Assembly: GCA_937128475.1 (NCBI GenBank)
Contig: CAKZML010000245.1
Location: forward strand, 288-64,287
Length of the DNA: 64,000 nt
Reading direction: 5' to 3'
Source: an uncultured Chromatiales bacterium
GTDB taxonomy: Bacteria; Pseudomonadota; Gammaproteobacteria; Steroidobacterales; BM003
Shown here: piece by piece, positions 12,939-22,952 of the stretch
Layout of the letters: each line of letters opens with the position of its first letter
Position numbering within the stretch: the first letter of the stretch is position 1
Position numbers and translations under genes: made by a program
Notes under the pieces: generated by a model
The model's database searches: none
Told to the model about the DNA's origin: nothing
What the model saw: the letters and a program-made list of their open reading frames with translations, nothing else

Positions 12939-13594
12939 GATTCGGATTCAACCTCGGCCAGGCTAGCCTGGGGAAGATCATTCAATTTGATTTCAATCAA
13001 CTCGCGGTTTACCACCCCGGCCCCCAGATCTGAAATCGCGATTTCGTACTCGCTCCTGGCCGTCGACCAATCGCCACGAGCCACCGCAATATCACCGCGC
13101 AATTCGCTGTAGCGGGCAGAAAACGCGCCGGCGTCCTCTACATTGAGAACGTCAACTGCTGCGTCGAAATCACCCTGCTGGAGTCGGACCTGGGCCAGGC
13201 GCATACGCGCTACCAGGACCAACTGGGGATCATCTTTACTGGCGACAACATAGTCCAGCGCTTCAGCGGCCGGCTCAAGACTTCCCTGCTCCACCAATAA
13301 CTTGGCCAGGACCAGCGATGCCTCCTCGGCGTAAGGGGTTGATCCGAACTCGCTGCGCAGTTTCGCGGTAAGTTCAGTGGCCCCGTCAGCATTGCCAACC
13401 ATCGCCTGTATCCGCACTTGCTCAAACAGGCTGGAGGCCTGCTCAGCCGTGGTCTTCACATGGCTCTGCCAGCTATTCCAGCCCACAAGCAGGGAAAGAC
13501 CCAGCACCAGGCCACCCACGACCCAGGCACCATTTTCTTTCCACCATTTGCGGATTTCTTCAACTTGTTCTTTTTCAGACAAAAACTCGTCCAC
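12935..13594 (-). CDS. yfgM: YfgM-like TPR membrane-anchored protein
   Basis: 219 aa with an N-terminal TM (GAWVVGGLVLGLSLLVGW) and a TPR-like C-terminal domain. Position between hisS and bamB matches E. coli, and it has an ATGA-type overlap with bamB. Confidence 0.7.
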   Translation of the reverse strand: MDEFLSEKEQVEEIRKWWKENGAWVVGGLVLGLSLLVGWNSWQSHVKTTAEQASSLFEQVRIQAMVGNADGATELTAKLRSEFGSTPYAEEASLVLAKLLVEQGSLEPAAEALDYVVASKDDPQLVLVARMRLAQVRLQQGDFDAAVDVLNVEDAGAFSARYSELRGDIAVARGDWSTARSEYEIAISDLGAGVVNRELIEIKLNDLPQASLAEVESES

Positions 13595-13627
13595 GTCTAA
13601 CTCCTGTCGGCGATAACGCCCCTGGCC

Positions 13628-14914
13628 TCAGCTGCCAGCGCCCGGTTCAATCAAACCGCGCAGTTTGCCAGCTAAGTCACCCCAAGTCACTTCTTGCTGA
13701 TCGCCGCCTCCTCGCAGGGGCTTAAGTCCCGCGACACGACGACCAACCTCATTTTCTCCAATAATCAATGCAACCCCGGCCCCGCTGCGATCAGCTCGCT
13801 TCATCTGGGACTTGAAACTGCCCCCGCCACAGTTGGTTTCCAGCCTGAATCCGGGCAATTGGTCACGCAAGGACTCAGCCAGGCCCATACCGGCCTGCTC
13901 AGCCGCCTCACCCACCACAACCAGGTAGGCGTGGGGCGCTTCGACCGGGAAAGGATAGTCCTGAGTCTCCATCAGGGCCAGCAACCTCTCCACGCCTATA
14001 GCCCAGCCAATAGCCGGGGTGGCGGGACCACCCAACTGCTCTACCAGGCCGTCGTAGCGGCCACCCGAGCACACCGCGCCCTGGGAGCCCAGCTGATCGG
14101 TCACCCATTCGAAGACCGTACGGCTGTAATAATCCAGTCCGCGAACCAGCCTGGGATTCACCGTGTACTCAATGCCCGCCTCATCCAGCACCTGTTTCAG
14201 GCGCTGAAAGTGGCTCTCAGATTCCTCATCCAGGTGCTCGCTCAGCAAGGGAGCCCCGTCAATCAGATCTCGCATATCCGGGTTTTTCGAGTCCAGAATG
14301 CGCAGCGGATTTCCTTCCAGGCGTCGCTTGCTGTCCTCGTCCAGTTGGTCAAGGTGCTCACGGAAATAACCAACCAGAAGCTCTCGATAGACCGCCCGGG
14401 ATTCCGGCGTGCCCAGAGAATTTAATTCCAGGTGAATGTGCTTGAGGCCCAATCGCCTCCATAAACGCGCAGAGAGCAGGATCATCTCCGCATCCACATC
14501 GGGACCAGGGAACCCCAGGGCTTCCACGTCCACTTGATAAAACTGCCGGTAACGGCCCTTCTGGGGCCGTTCGTAGCGGAACATCGGTCCAATGCACCAG
14601 AGTCGCTGACGCTGGTTGTACAACAGGCCATTGCTGATACCGGCCCGGACCATTCCCGCGGTGGCTTCGGGTCTCAGGGTAACGCTCTCACCACCCCGGT
14701 CCTCGAAGGTATACATTTCCTTTTCGACGATATCGGTCACTTCACCGATGGAGCGCTTGAATAACTCGGTTCGCTCCACGATGGGCAGACGGATCTCCTG
14801 GTAACCATATGAACCCAGCACCTCCCGGATAATCGACTCCAGGTGCTGCCACCGACCGGTTTGCTCCGGAAGGATGTCATTCATACCGCGTATAGGCTGG
14901 ATGCCCTTACTCAC
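13628..14914 (-). CDS. hisS: histidine--tRNA ligase
   Basis: ORF 13628..15022 trimmed to GTG 14914 ([17 protein letters not shown], the canonical HisRS N-terminus), which is preceded by GGAG 8 nt upstream. Class II aaRS motifs are present. Confidence 0.93.
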   Translation of the reverse strand: MSKGIQPIRGMNDILPEQTGRWQHLESIIREVLGSYGYQEIRLPIVERTELFKRSIGEVTDIVEKEMYTFEDRGGESVTLRPEATAGMVRAGISNGLLYNQRQRLWCIGPMFRYERPQKGRYRQFYQVDVEALGFPGPDVDAEMILLSARLWRRLGLKHIHLELNSLGTPESRAVYRELLVGYFREHLDQLDEDSKRRLEGNPLRILDSKNPDMRDLIDGAPLLSEHLDEESESHFQRLKQVLDEAGIEYTVNPRLVRGLDYYSRTVFEWVTDQLGSQGAVCSGGRYDGLVEQLGGPATPAIGWAIGVERLLALMETQDYPFPVEAPHAYLVVVGEAAEQAGMGLAESLRDQLPGFRLETNCGGGSFKSQMKRADRSGAGVALIIGENEVGRRVAGLKPLRGGGDQQEVTWGDLAGKLRGLIEPGAGS

Positions 14915-14939
14915 AAATACTGCTCCTTTTTCAGGGCGC

Positions 14940-15911
14940 CTAGAGGGAAGGATCGACGATAAATCTCGCCGTGTTTCCTGTTCGTTGGCTGGCCGGGATG
15001 GCAAAGACCTCCCCGTCCACACTGAGAGTCACACCCTGCACATGACCCAGGTATATCGACACTGGAGCAGGGACATTCAATTCCCGACGGGTTCCTGACC
15101 GGAACAACCCATACAGGACACGCTTGCGATTACCGTCATGGATTTCCGCCCAGGAATCTTCCTCGAATGTCAGCACCAGCAGCACCTGCGGGCCAACAGG
15201 CTCCTCCGGCGCACTAGCCTCGGGAATCACAACCGGCGCGGACTCCTCGACCTGCACGGGTAAGGGTTCCGGTTTGGGCTCGGGCTCAGTCGTCGCGGAC
15301 TGCTCGGCAGACTCGGCCTGGGCCTCGCTTTCCGGCGGCGGTGTGACCGGAGCCGACACCTCGGTGGATTCCTCGTTCACATTCGCACTGGGCAATGCCA
15401 GGGAGACCGTTCCTCCGCCTTCCTGGACCACACCCTGGGACTGGCTCCGCTTTGCTAACTGGGTATCGTGTAGCACATCCATTTCACGGATCTGGAACCA
15501 CCACCAGACGGCTGCACCCTGCACCACGACCAGCAGGATCACCAGAAATATCAATCCGAAGCTAAACTTTCTGCGATGGCGCGATATGCCCACAGCTTCA
15601 CGCAAGATCGGATGAGAAAAATCGGTCTTGGTGTCGCCGACTTTTAACTCGTAGGCATCAAGCAATTCCTGTTCGGGCAAATTCAGTATCCGCGCATATT
15701 TACGCAGGTGTCCGCGCACAAAAACCGGCGCCCCCAGGGCATCAAAGTTTTCGGTTTCAAGATTATTCAGTACCGCCACGTCCACCTTGAGAGAGGCGGC
15801 GGCTTTTTCCAGGCTGAGTTCCTGCTCGTCCCGGGCGCGAGTCAGCCGGGCGCCCAACTCCGTCTCAGGGGCCTGCCCTGTTTCGTTTGGAGTATCCGAT
15901 TCAGTTTCCAT
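14940..15911 (-). CDS. rodZ: cytoskeleton protein RodZ-like (HTH + TM + Pro/Glu-rich linker + C-terminal domain)
   Basis: ORF trimmed to METESDTP at 15911. Contains the XRE-type [28 protein letters not shown], one TM, and an acidic P/E-rich linker. Sits between pilW and hisS. Confidence 0.75.
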   Translation of the reverse strand: METESDTPNETGQAPETELGARLTRARDEQELSLEKAAASLKVDVAVLNNLETENFDALGAPVFVRGHLRKYARILNLPEQELLDAYELKVGDTKTDFSHPILREAVGISRHRRKFSFGLIFLVILLVVVQGAAVWWWFQIREMDVLHDTQLAKRSQSQGVVQEGGGTVSLALPSANVNEESTEVSAPVTPPPESEAQAESAEQSATTEPEPKPEPLPVQVEESAPVVIPEASAPEEPVGPQVLLVLTFEEDSWAEIHDGNRKRVLYGLFRSGTRRELNVPAPVSIYLGHVQGVTLSVDGEVFAIPASQRTGNTARFIVDPSL

Positions 15912-16668
15912 TACGCCGCTGCTCCAGCAACTGACGGGCTTCTGGTGAATCCGGGAACTCTCGCAACAGACGAGCGGCATAATCATTGCCGACCGAGGTA
16001 TTCGCCATGGCCCTTTCAATTCTCACACCAAGCATCAAGGCTTCTGCTGTGGCCTTGTTACCTTGCAGGAAACGCTCAATAAAAGCTCTTGCAGGAAAAT
16101 AATCCTGACGCTCGAAATTCAGTGACGCCAGTTGCAGCAAGGCTTCATCGTATTTGGAGTTTTCCGCCAGTGCCTTGCGGAAGTACTGATCGGCCTCATC
16201 CAACTTGCCGCCATCCCGTGCACACACACCAGCGTTGGTATAGGCAGCCTCGGGACTGCGGTTCAAGGGAATACTGGCTGCCTTGGCAAAGGTCTTCAAT
16301 GCGTCGTCAGTGGAACCGTGCTGGCACTGCATCACCGCGAAGGCATTCAGGACCTGGGGATCATCCGGAGCCAGCTTCGCCGCCTTGCGCATATGCTTTT
16401 CAGCATCGCCAGGCTGCCCAATCTGCTCGTACAGGAATCCCAGGGCCATATGTGCGTCAGCCAGCGACGAGTCTTGCTCAACCGCCTTCTTTAGCTTGTC
16501 CAGGGCCAACTGCAGTTCGCCCTTTCTCAAGTATCCGACACCCAGCTCCAGGTTGTACTGGGCTGCCTCACTGGCCATCTGATCGCTACTCTTACTCGAC
16601 TCGGGCGCGTTGGACACACAGGCCGAGAACAACACCGAGACCGCCAACACTAGCCATGTTCTTGTCAT
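15901..16668 (-). CDS. pilW: type IV pilus biogenesis/stability TPR lipoprotein PilW (PilF)
   Basis: Lipobox VLFSAC and multiple TPR repeats. Order rlmN-pilW-rodZ matches Pseudomonas. Confidence 0.75.
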   Translation of the reverse strand: MTRTWLVLAVSVLFSACVSNAPESSKSSDQMASEAAQYNLELGVGYLRKGELQLALDKLKKAVEQDSSLADAHMALGFLYEQIGQPGDAEKHMRKAAKLAPDDPQVLNAFAVMQCQHGSTDDALKTFAKAASIPLNRSPEAAYTNAGVCARDGGKLDEADQYFRKALAENSKYDEALLQLASLNFERQDYFPARAFIERFLQGNKATAEALMLGVRIERAMANTSVGNDYAARLLREFPDSPEARQLLEQRRNGN

Positions 16669-17774
16669 TGGTTTTGCACCGATACGCTAATCATCTTGCT
16701 GCCCAAACGCACACGAATCCTGTCATTGACTTTACCAGCCAATTGACCGCATGCCGCGTCAATATCGTCACCACGGGTTCGCCGCGTGATGGTAATAATA
16801 CCGTGATCCACCAATACCTGCCGAAAGCGATCAATCGTCGCCTGGGGAGACCGGGTGTAACGGGTTCCGGGAAACGGATTAAACGGTATCAGGTTAACCT
16901 TTGCCGGACGGTTTTTCAGCAATCGTGCCAATTGGATAGCGTGCTCCACGGTGTCATTCACACCCGCGAGCATCGTGTATTCAAATGTAATCTGGCGGTT
17001 GGAGTACAGCCTGGCATATGACCAGCAGGCCTCCAGTAATTCCTTGATCGGATGACGCCGGTTAATCGGAACCAGTTCATCACGAAGCGTATCGTTGCCA
17101 GCATGCAAGGACACTGCCAGTGCCACGTTGCAGTCTTCGGCAAGTTTATTGATCTGGGGGACCAGCCCCGATGTGCTCAGGGTTACCCGGCGGCGGGACA
17201 ACTCAAAACCATAGTCGTCCAGCATGACCTTGATGGCCGGCACCACGGCGCGGTAATTGGCCAGGGGTTCACCCATGCCCATCAGCACCACATTGGAAAT
17301 CACCCGGTCGGCGGTGGAGGCTCCGGCACCCAGTTCCTTGCGAGCCAGCCATACCTGGCCGGCAATCTCGGCGCTAGTCAGGTTGCGGTTAAAACCCTGG
17401 GCTCCAGTGGAGCAAAAGGAGCAGTCCAGCGCGCAACCCACCTGGCTTGATATACACAGGGTTCCCCGGGACTCTTCCGGGATAAACACCATTTCGATGG
17501 CTTGTTCCGCGCCAGCCCGAAGGGCCCACTTCACTGTGCCATCTATCGAATCATGCCGGCTAACAATCTCTGGCGGGCGCACCTCGGCCATCTCGCCGAG
17601 GCGCACCCTCAGACTTTTTGCCAGGTCGGTCATCTCCTCAAAGTCATTTTGACCCCGGGCATAGATCCACTTCATGACCTGTCGGGCACGAAAGGGCTTC
17701 TCCCCCCACTCGGCAAACAATTCTTCCATTTGCTCGCGGGGAAGTCCCAGCAGATTGATCTTGCCTGATGACAC
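16665..17774 (-). CDS. rlmN: 23S rRNA/tRNA m2A methyltransferase RlmN (radical SAM)
   Basis: 369 aa. Radical-SAM motif CALDCSFCSTG and the conserved C-terminal DIDAACGQL. Confidence 0.95.
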   Translation of the reverse strand: MSSGKINLLGLPREQMEELFAEWGEKPFRARQVMKWIYARGQNDFEEMTDLAKSLRVRLGEMAEVRPPEIVSRHDSIDGTVKWALRAGAEQAIEMVFIPEESRGTLCISSQVGCALDCSFCSTGAQGFNRNLTSAEIAGQVWLARKELGAGASTADRVISNVVLMGMGEPLANYRAVVPAIKVMLDDYGFELSRRRVTLSTSGLVPQINKLAEDCNVALAVSLHAGNDTLRDELVPINRRHPIKELLEACWSYARLYSNRQITFEYTMLAGVNDTVEHAIQLARLLKNRPAKVNLIPFNPFPGTRYTRSPQATIDRFRQVLVDHGIITITRRTRGDDIDAACGQLAGKVNDRIRVRLGSKMISVSVQNQ

Positions 17775-17795
17775 GGTGACTGGCTGCTCCCTGAC

Positions 17796-18227
17796 TTAGC
17801 GGGTACGGGGGCAGATCTGGCCGTCAGCGAAGAAGAACGCAATCTCGATCGCAGCGTTCTCGGCACTGTCGGAACCGTGCACGATGTTCTCTTCGATGGA
17901 TTCGGCGAAATCAGCACGGATGGTACCGGCGTCAGCGTCCTTGGGATTGGTGGCGCCCATCAGATCGCGGTGAGCAGCAACAGCGTTCTCGCCTTCCAGG
18001 GCGGTAACCATAACCGGACCGGTCATCATGTAGCTGACCAGGTCGCCGAAGAAGGGACGCTCTTTGTGCACGGCGTAAAATCCTTGGGCCTGCTCGAGGG
18101 TCAGGTGCATCATGCGGGCGGCGACGATGCGCAGACCGGCGCCTTCAAAGCGCTTGTAGATCTCACCAATCAGGTTCTTTTCAACGCCATCGGGTTTGAT
18201 GATAGACAGGGTGCGTTCGGTCGCCAT
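17796..18227 (-). CDS. ndk: nucleoside diphosphate kinase
   Basis: 143 aa. Starts [13 protein letters not shown] and has the active-site NIVHGSDS. Confidence 0.97.
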   Translation of the reverse strand: MATERTLSIIKPDGVEKNLIGEIYKRFEGAGLRIVAARMMHLTLEQAQGFYAVHKERPFFGDLVSYMMTGPVMVTALEGENAVAAHRDLMGATNPKDADAGTIRADFAESIEENIVHGSDSAENAAIEIAFFFADGQICPRTR

Positions 18228-18375
18228 TTCAATGTTTCCTTAAAAATCTTACAGATATAAAAAACGGACGCGTGCCCAGGACCCAGCGGCGAAATCCGCC
18301 TCCCGGAACCCGGTGCACGCAACTTAATCGGGGAATTGTACTGTGCGCAGCCCCTAAAAACGAGGCCGCCAGCGC

Positions 18376-18699
18376 CTAGACGGTGAAACTTTCACCGCAG
18401 CCGCACTCTTCCTTGACGTTGGGATTCCGGAACTTGAAGACCTCATTCAGGCCCTGTTTCACGAAGTCCACCTGCATCCCCTGGAGCATGGGAAGCGCAT
18501 CCTGATCCACCACCAGGGTGACCCCGTGATCTTCGAAGGTCACGTCAGAATCAGTAATTTCTTTAGCATATTCAACATGATAGGCGAAGCCCGAGCAGCC
18601 TGTCTTGCGCACACCCAGACGCAGGCCAACCGTATCATCCTGCTTGGCCAGGTAGTCGCTCACCCGTCGGGCAGCGGAATCTGTCAGGGAAATGGACAT
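18376..18699 (-). CDS. iscA: iron-sulfur cluster insertion protein IscA
   Basis: Trimmed to [10 protein letters not shown] (E. coli IscA starts MSITLSDSAA), with GAGGA 10 nt upstream. Contains the C-terminal CGCGESF motif. Confidence 0.9.
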   Translation of the reverse strand: MSISLTDSAARRVSDYLAKQDDTVGLRLGVRKTGCSGFAYHVEYAKEITDSDVTFEDHGVTLVVDQDALPMLQGMQVDFVKQGLNEVFKFRNPNVKEECGCGESFTV

Positions 18700-18724
18700 C
18701 ACCAGGGAATCCTCGTTACTTCGC

Positions 18725-19120
18725 TTACTCATTTAAATAGTGACGCTGCCGAGCATTTTCAAGGCAGGCACCCAGGGCATCTTCTAGAATCAGTATACTT
18801 CCCAGCTTGTCCGCTGGCACGTCCAATGCAGCAGACACCTCGTTACCAGTGATCCTCGCCGCCTCGACCAGGCCCATTCCGGCCAGTCTTTCCGCCAGCC
18901 AGGATGCCCCGGCGATGCTGTGAGGACATCCCCAGGCAAGAAATCGGGCTTCCAGGATTTTTTCTCCATCCAGCCTGCACTGGAATTGCACGGCAAGCCC
19001 CTGCTCCCGGCTTCCGGCACAGCCCTGGACCACCCCGGGAACACCGGGTTCAAAGCAACCCGCCCCTACCGGGCGTGAAAAATGCTGTCTAACCAGCTGA
19101 GCATACGCAGGGGCATTCAT
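18725..19120 (-). CDS. IscU/NifU-N-like scaffold protein, atypical (third ligand Cys absent)
   Basis: Aligns by eye to E. coli IscU. The equivalents of C37 (VQGCAGS) and C63 (WGCPHS) are present. The H105-C106 position reads L-G ([11 protein letters not shown] versus KIHCSILAEDA). Start taken as ATG 19120, 2 nt after the iscS stop. Confidence 0.65.
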   Translation of the reverse strand: MNAPAYAQLVRQHFSRPVGAGCFEPGVPGVVQGCAGSREQGLAVQFQCRLDGEKILEARFLAWGCPHSIAGASWLAERLAGMGLVEAARITGNEVSAALDVPADKLGSILILEDALGACLENARQRHYLNE

Positions 19121-19122
19121 AA

Positions 19123-20307
19123 CTACTTGACCCAATCCGGCGCCAGGGCTCTCAAGCGCCGTACCTGGGCACTGAGCATGGACACCACTACATCGATGTC
19201 ATCACGGCTGGTGGAACGTCCCAGGCTGAAGCGCAGGGACGACTGGGCGGCCTGGTCATCCAAACCCAGGGAGCGAAGCACGTATGACGGCTCTCGACTA
19301 CCGCTGGCACAGGCCGATCCGCTGGATACGGCGATTCCATCCAGGCCGAACAACAGGCTCTCACCTTCAACGCCCTGGAAGCTCACATTGAGAATATTCG
19401 GCGCGCTGTATTCCAATTCACCATTGGCGGTAACCCCGCCAATTGCCTGCAATCCGGACCACAGAACCTCACGCAGTTCGTGCAATCGCTGCTGGTCAGC
19501 CTGCATACGCCCGGCTGCCAACTCAAAGGCCAATCCCATACCCGCGATCTGGTGGGTGGCCAGGGTTCCCGGTCGCAAGCCCTGTTCCTGGCCCCCGCCG
19601 TAGGACACTGGATAGAGGTTGCAACGGGGTTCACGGCTGACAAACAGCGCGCCAATCCCCTTCGGGCCATAAATCTTGTGGGCCGAGAAGGACATCATGT
19701 CGATCTGCATGGCCCGGACATCGATGGGCAGTTTTCCCGCGGACTGGGCCGCATCAACGTGAAACAACACGCCATGGGATCGGCATAACTGACCCAGCGC
19801 GGCGATGTCGTGTACCAGGCCGGTCTCGTTGTTCACATGCATCAACGACACCAGGGTGGTGTCAGGTCGCAGCGCCGCCTGCAATTGTTCCGCAGAAACA
19901 CGGCCATGATCTTCCGGCACCAGCCAGGTCACCTCAAAGCCCTCTTTTTCCAGGGACTTGAAGGGATCCAGTACCGCCCTGTGCTCGGATTTCGAGGTAA
20001 TGATATGCCGGCCCTTGTGGACCTGGAAAAGCCCTGCGCCGCGAATCGCCAGGTTATCGGCTTCAGTAGCGCCAGAGGTGAAAATAATTTCCCCGGAACG
20101 CGCACCCAGCAAGCCGGCTACCTGCTCGCGGGCATTCTCCACCCTTACCCTTGCGGCAACCCCGGGGGCATGGACCGATGAGGGGTTGGCAAAATCACCG
20201 TCTTCACCCAGGCACTCGACCATCACCTTAACCACCGCCGAATCAACCGGCGTGGTTGCGGCGTAATCCAGGTAAATCGTCTTAGCTGTCGCGCTGGAGT
20301 CGGTCAC
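19123..20307 (-). CDS. iscS: cysteine desulfurase (IscS/NifS class V aminotransferase)
   Basis: 394 aa. PLP-lysine region SFSAHKIYGPKG and active-site loop SSGSACASG. The GTG start overlaps the trmJ stop (GTGA). Confidence 0.85.
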   Translation of the reverse strand: MTDSSATAKTIYLDYAATTPVDSAVVKVMVECLGEDGDFANPSSVHAPGVAARVRVENAREQVAGLLGARSGEIIFTSGATEADNLAIRGAGLFQVHKGRHIITSKSEHRAVLDPFKSLEKEGFEVTWLVPEDHGRVSAEQLQAALRPDTTLVSLMHVNNETGLVHDIAALGQLCRSHGVLFHVDAAQSAGKLPIDVRAMQIDMMSFSAHKIYGPKGIGALFVSREPRCNLYPVSYGGGQEQGLRPGTLATHQIAGMGLAFELAAGRMQADQQRLHELREVLWSGLQAIGGVTANGELEYSAPNILNVSFQGVEGESLLFGLDGIAVSSGSACASGSREPSYVLRSLGLDDQAAQSSLRFSLGRSTSRDDIDVVVSMLSAQVRRLRALAPDWVK

Positions 20308-21032
20308 TTTTTGGTGCCTCCCCGAGCGTATCCATAAGAAGTGAGTATACCCCTGAGGATATTTACCTCGTTCTCATCCAGGTCCGCGCGCATGTAAATC
20401 CGCCTCAAGCGGGCCATCAGTTGACGCGGATTATCCGGATCCAGGAACCCCGTCTGTTCCAGCACTTCCTCCAGGTGGACAAAAAATCGCTCCAGGTCTT
20501 CTGACCGGGCTGGCGGAAATCCCGGGGGCTGGCTCATGGCCCGTCCACCCAACACCGCCATGCGTATTTCATAGCAAAGGATTTGCACCGCCATGGCCAG
20601 GTTCAATGATCCATAGTCCTCGGCAGTCTGGACGTGGATCATCCGATGGCACTGCTGCATTTCCTCGTTGCTAAGACCCGAGGCCTCACGGCCAAACACC
20701 AGCGCCACCGGACCACCAGGCGGGCTCTGGACAATCTGCTCGGCGGCTTCCCTGGGGGTTTGCAGGGGCCAGGCTAATGCGCGCAATCTGGCGCTGGTAC
20801 CCACCACCAGGCGGCAATCAGCCACCGCCTCTTCCAGGGTGTCCACCACCCTTGCTTCGGCCAGTAAATCATCGGCACCGGAGGCCATCGCAGTCGCGGA
20901 GGCATTGGGGAAAAGCTTTGGCGCAACCAGCCACAACTGCTTCAAGCCCATGACTTTCATGGCTCTGGCGCTACTCCCGATATTCCCGGGATGGGTGGTT
21001 CCGACTAGTACAATTCTAATATTCTCAAGCAT
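20304..21032 (-). CDS. trmJ: tRNA (cytidine/uridine-2'-O-)-methyltransferase TrmJ (SpoU family)
   Basis: Trimmed to MLENIRIVLVGTTHPGNIGSSARAMKVMGL (E. coli TrmJ starts [20 protein letters not shown]). Divergent from suhB as in E. coli. Confidence 0.85.
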   Translation of the reverse strand: MLENIRIVLVGTTHPGNIGSSARAMKVMGLKQLWLVAPKLFPNASATAMASGADDLLAEARVVDTLEEAVADCRLVVGTSARLRALAWPLQTPREAAEQIVQSPPGGPVALVFGREASGLSNEEMQQCHRMIHVQTAEDYGSLNLAMAVQILCYEIRMAVLGGRAMSQPPGFPPARSEDLERFFVHLEEVLEQTGFLDPDNPRQLMARLRRIYMRADLDENEVNILRGILTSYGYARGGTKK

Positions 21033-21201
21033 TTCCAAGGCCTTTAACTTCCGGGGAGGCATCTTTGCGCAGCAATTCTGCCGCCTTCAGCCAGCTTCAT
21101 GCAAAGACTTGCTCACTCAAACAGGATTTTTTTGCTAAACTTCGCCGCCACAAGGCAGGGTCAAGTCCCTGCAACGCTGTTTACAAAAGAGGGTTTCCAC
21201 G

Positions 21202-22002
21202 ATGCAGGCACAACTTACCATAGCTGTGCGAGCGGCACGGCGCGCCGGCGATCTAATTCTCCGCAACCTGAACCGTATCCGCCCACAAGACATTTCCTCC
21301 AAGGGCTGGAACGAAGTCGTTACCGAGGTCGACTTGCGGGCCGAAGAAGACATCAAGGAAACCATCCGTCGCAGCTTTCCTCACCATGCATTCCTGGCCG
21401 AGGAAAGCGGGGCCAGCGGTGACAACGACCACGTCTGGATCATCGATCCCCTGGACGGAACAACCAACTTCGTACACGGATTCCCGGTGTTTGCCGTATC
21501 CATCGCATTGCAAGTGCGTGGGGAACTGGAAGCCGCGGTAATTTACGATCCCACTCGCCAGGAAATGTTTACCGCCGCCCGCGGCGCTGGCGCCCAGCTG
21601 GATGGTCGCAGGATTCGCGTCAGCGGCGCCACTCATCTCAAGGACACCCTTATCGGCACCGGTTTCCCCTATCGGGAAAACGTCAAGCACATGGACTCCT
21701 ACCTGGGCATGCTCAAGGCTGTGGTGGAAAACGTATCCGGCGTCCGGCGTCCCGGCGCAGCAGCCCTCGACCTGGCCTATGTGGCAGCGGGTCGTTTTGA
21801 CGGATTCTGGGAACTGGGCCTGAAGCCCTGGGACATCGCCGCCGGCGCCCTGATTATTCAAGAGGCCGGCGGGATTATCAGTTCGGTGCGTGGCGACAGC
21901 CACTTCCTGGAAACCGGCAACGTGATCGCCGGTTCACCCAAGGTACATGAAGCCTTATCCAGGCTTCTGCAGCCGTTGCTACCCGAATCTCTGAAGCGCT
22001 AG
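21202..22002 (+). CDS. suhB: inositol monophosphatase family protein SuhB
   Basis: Starts MQAQLTIAVRAARRAG. IMPase motifs WIIDPLDGTTNF and WDIAAG. Confidence 0.9.
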   Translation: MQAQLTIAVRAARRAGDLILRNLNRIRPQDISSKGWNEVVTEVDLRAEEDIKETIRRSFPHHAFLAEESGASGDNDHVWIIDPLDGTTNFVHGFPVFAVSIALQVRGELEAAVIYDPTRQEMFTAARGAGAQLDGRRIRVSGATHLKDTLIGTGFPYRENVKHMDSYLGMLKAVVENVSGVRRPGAAALDLAYVAAGRFDGFWELGLKPWDIAAGALIIQEAGGIISSVRGDSHFLETGNVIAGSPKVHEALSRLLQPLLPESLKR

Positions 22003-22007
22003 ACGCT

Positions 22008-22937
22008 TCAGGGCATATCGTCTACCAGGTCTTCTTTCTTGGGCGGCATCAGGTCGGCCAGGGTCAACTTCAATTCCAGGGCCAGCGCGCTGGCGACGTA
22101 GATTGAAGAGTAGGTACCGACAAAAATACCAACCAGCAGGGCAACCGAGAACGGGCGAATAGCCTCACCACCCAGGAAAAACAGGGCCGACAGCACCAGC
22201 AAGGTGGTACCCGAGGTCATCAAAGTACGGGCCAGCATCTGGTTCAGTGAGATATCCATTATCTCCACCGGCTCGCCATTACGGATGCCCCGGAAGTTTT
22301 CACGAATTCGATCGTAGACCACGATGGTGTCATTCAGCGAGTAACCAATCACCGCCAGCACTGCGGCCAACACCGACAGATCGAAGGCGATCTGGGTAAC
22401 CGCAAAGAATCCCAGGGTGATGATCACGTCGTGAGTCAGTGCCGCCAGTGCACCAGCAGAGAGCTTCCACTGGAAACGCGCCCACACATAACCGCCAATC
22501 ATGATCAGCGCGAACAACATGGCCAGGCTACCCTGCTCGGTCAATTCCTCACCGACCTGGGGGCCGACGAACTCAACCCTGCGCAGCTCAACACCCGGCG
22601 TTGCATCGTGGAGGATGGCCATGATTTTCTCGCCAACATCCGCGTTGTTCTGGGTTTCATCCGGCATGATGCGGATCATCACATCCCGGGAGGTACCAAA
22701 ATTCTGTACCTGGGCCCGTTCGATTCCAGCGTTGGCCAGTTGGTCACGCACGGCCGGCAGATCCGCAGCCTGGGGATACCCCACTTCCAGCAACACACCG
22801 CCGGTGAAGTCGATACCGAAATTCAAGCCGCGGGTAGCAATCGAGCCAATGGACAGGACGATCAGCAAGACGGACAGGATAAAAGCCCCCTTGCGTAGCC
22901 CCATGAAATTGATATGAGTTTCTTTAATTAGTTCCAT
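22008..22937 (-). CDS. secF: protein translocase subunit SecF
   Basis: 309 aa, six TM, follows secD. Confidence 0.95.
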   Translation of the reverse strand: MELIKETHINFMGLRKGAFILSVLLIVLSIGSIATRGLNFGIDFTGGVLLEVGYPQAADLPAVRDQLANAGIERAQVQNFGTSRDVMIRIMPDETQNNADVGEKIMAILHDATPGVELRRVEFVGPQVGEELTEQGSLAMLFALIMIGGYVWARFQWKLSAGALAALTHDVIITLGFFAVTQIAFDLSVLAAVLAVIGYSLNDTIVVYDRIRENFRGIRNGEPVEIMDISLNQMLARTLMTSGTTLLVLSALFFLGGEAIRPFSVALLVGIFVGTYSSIYVASALALELKLTLADLMPPKKEDLVDDMP

Positions 22938-22952
22938 GACATGTCCCGCCGG

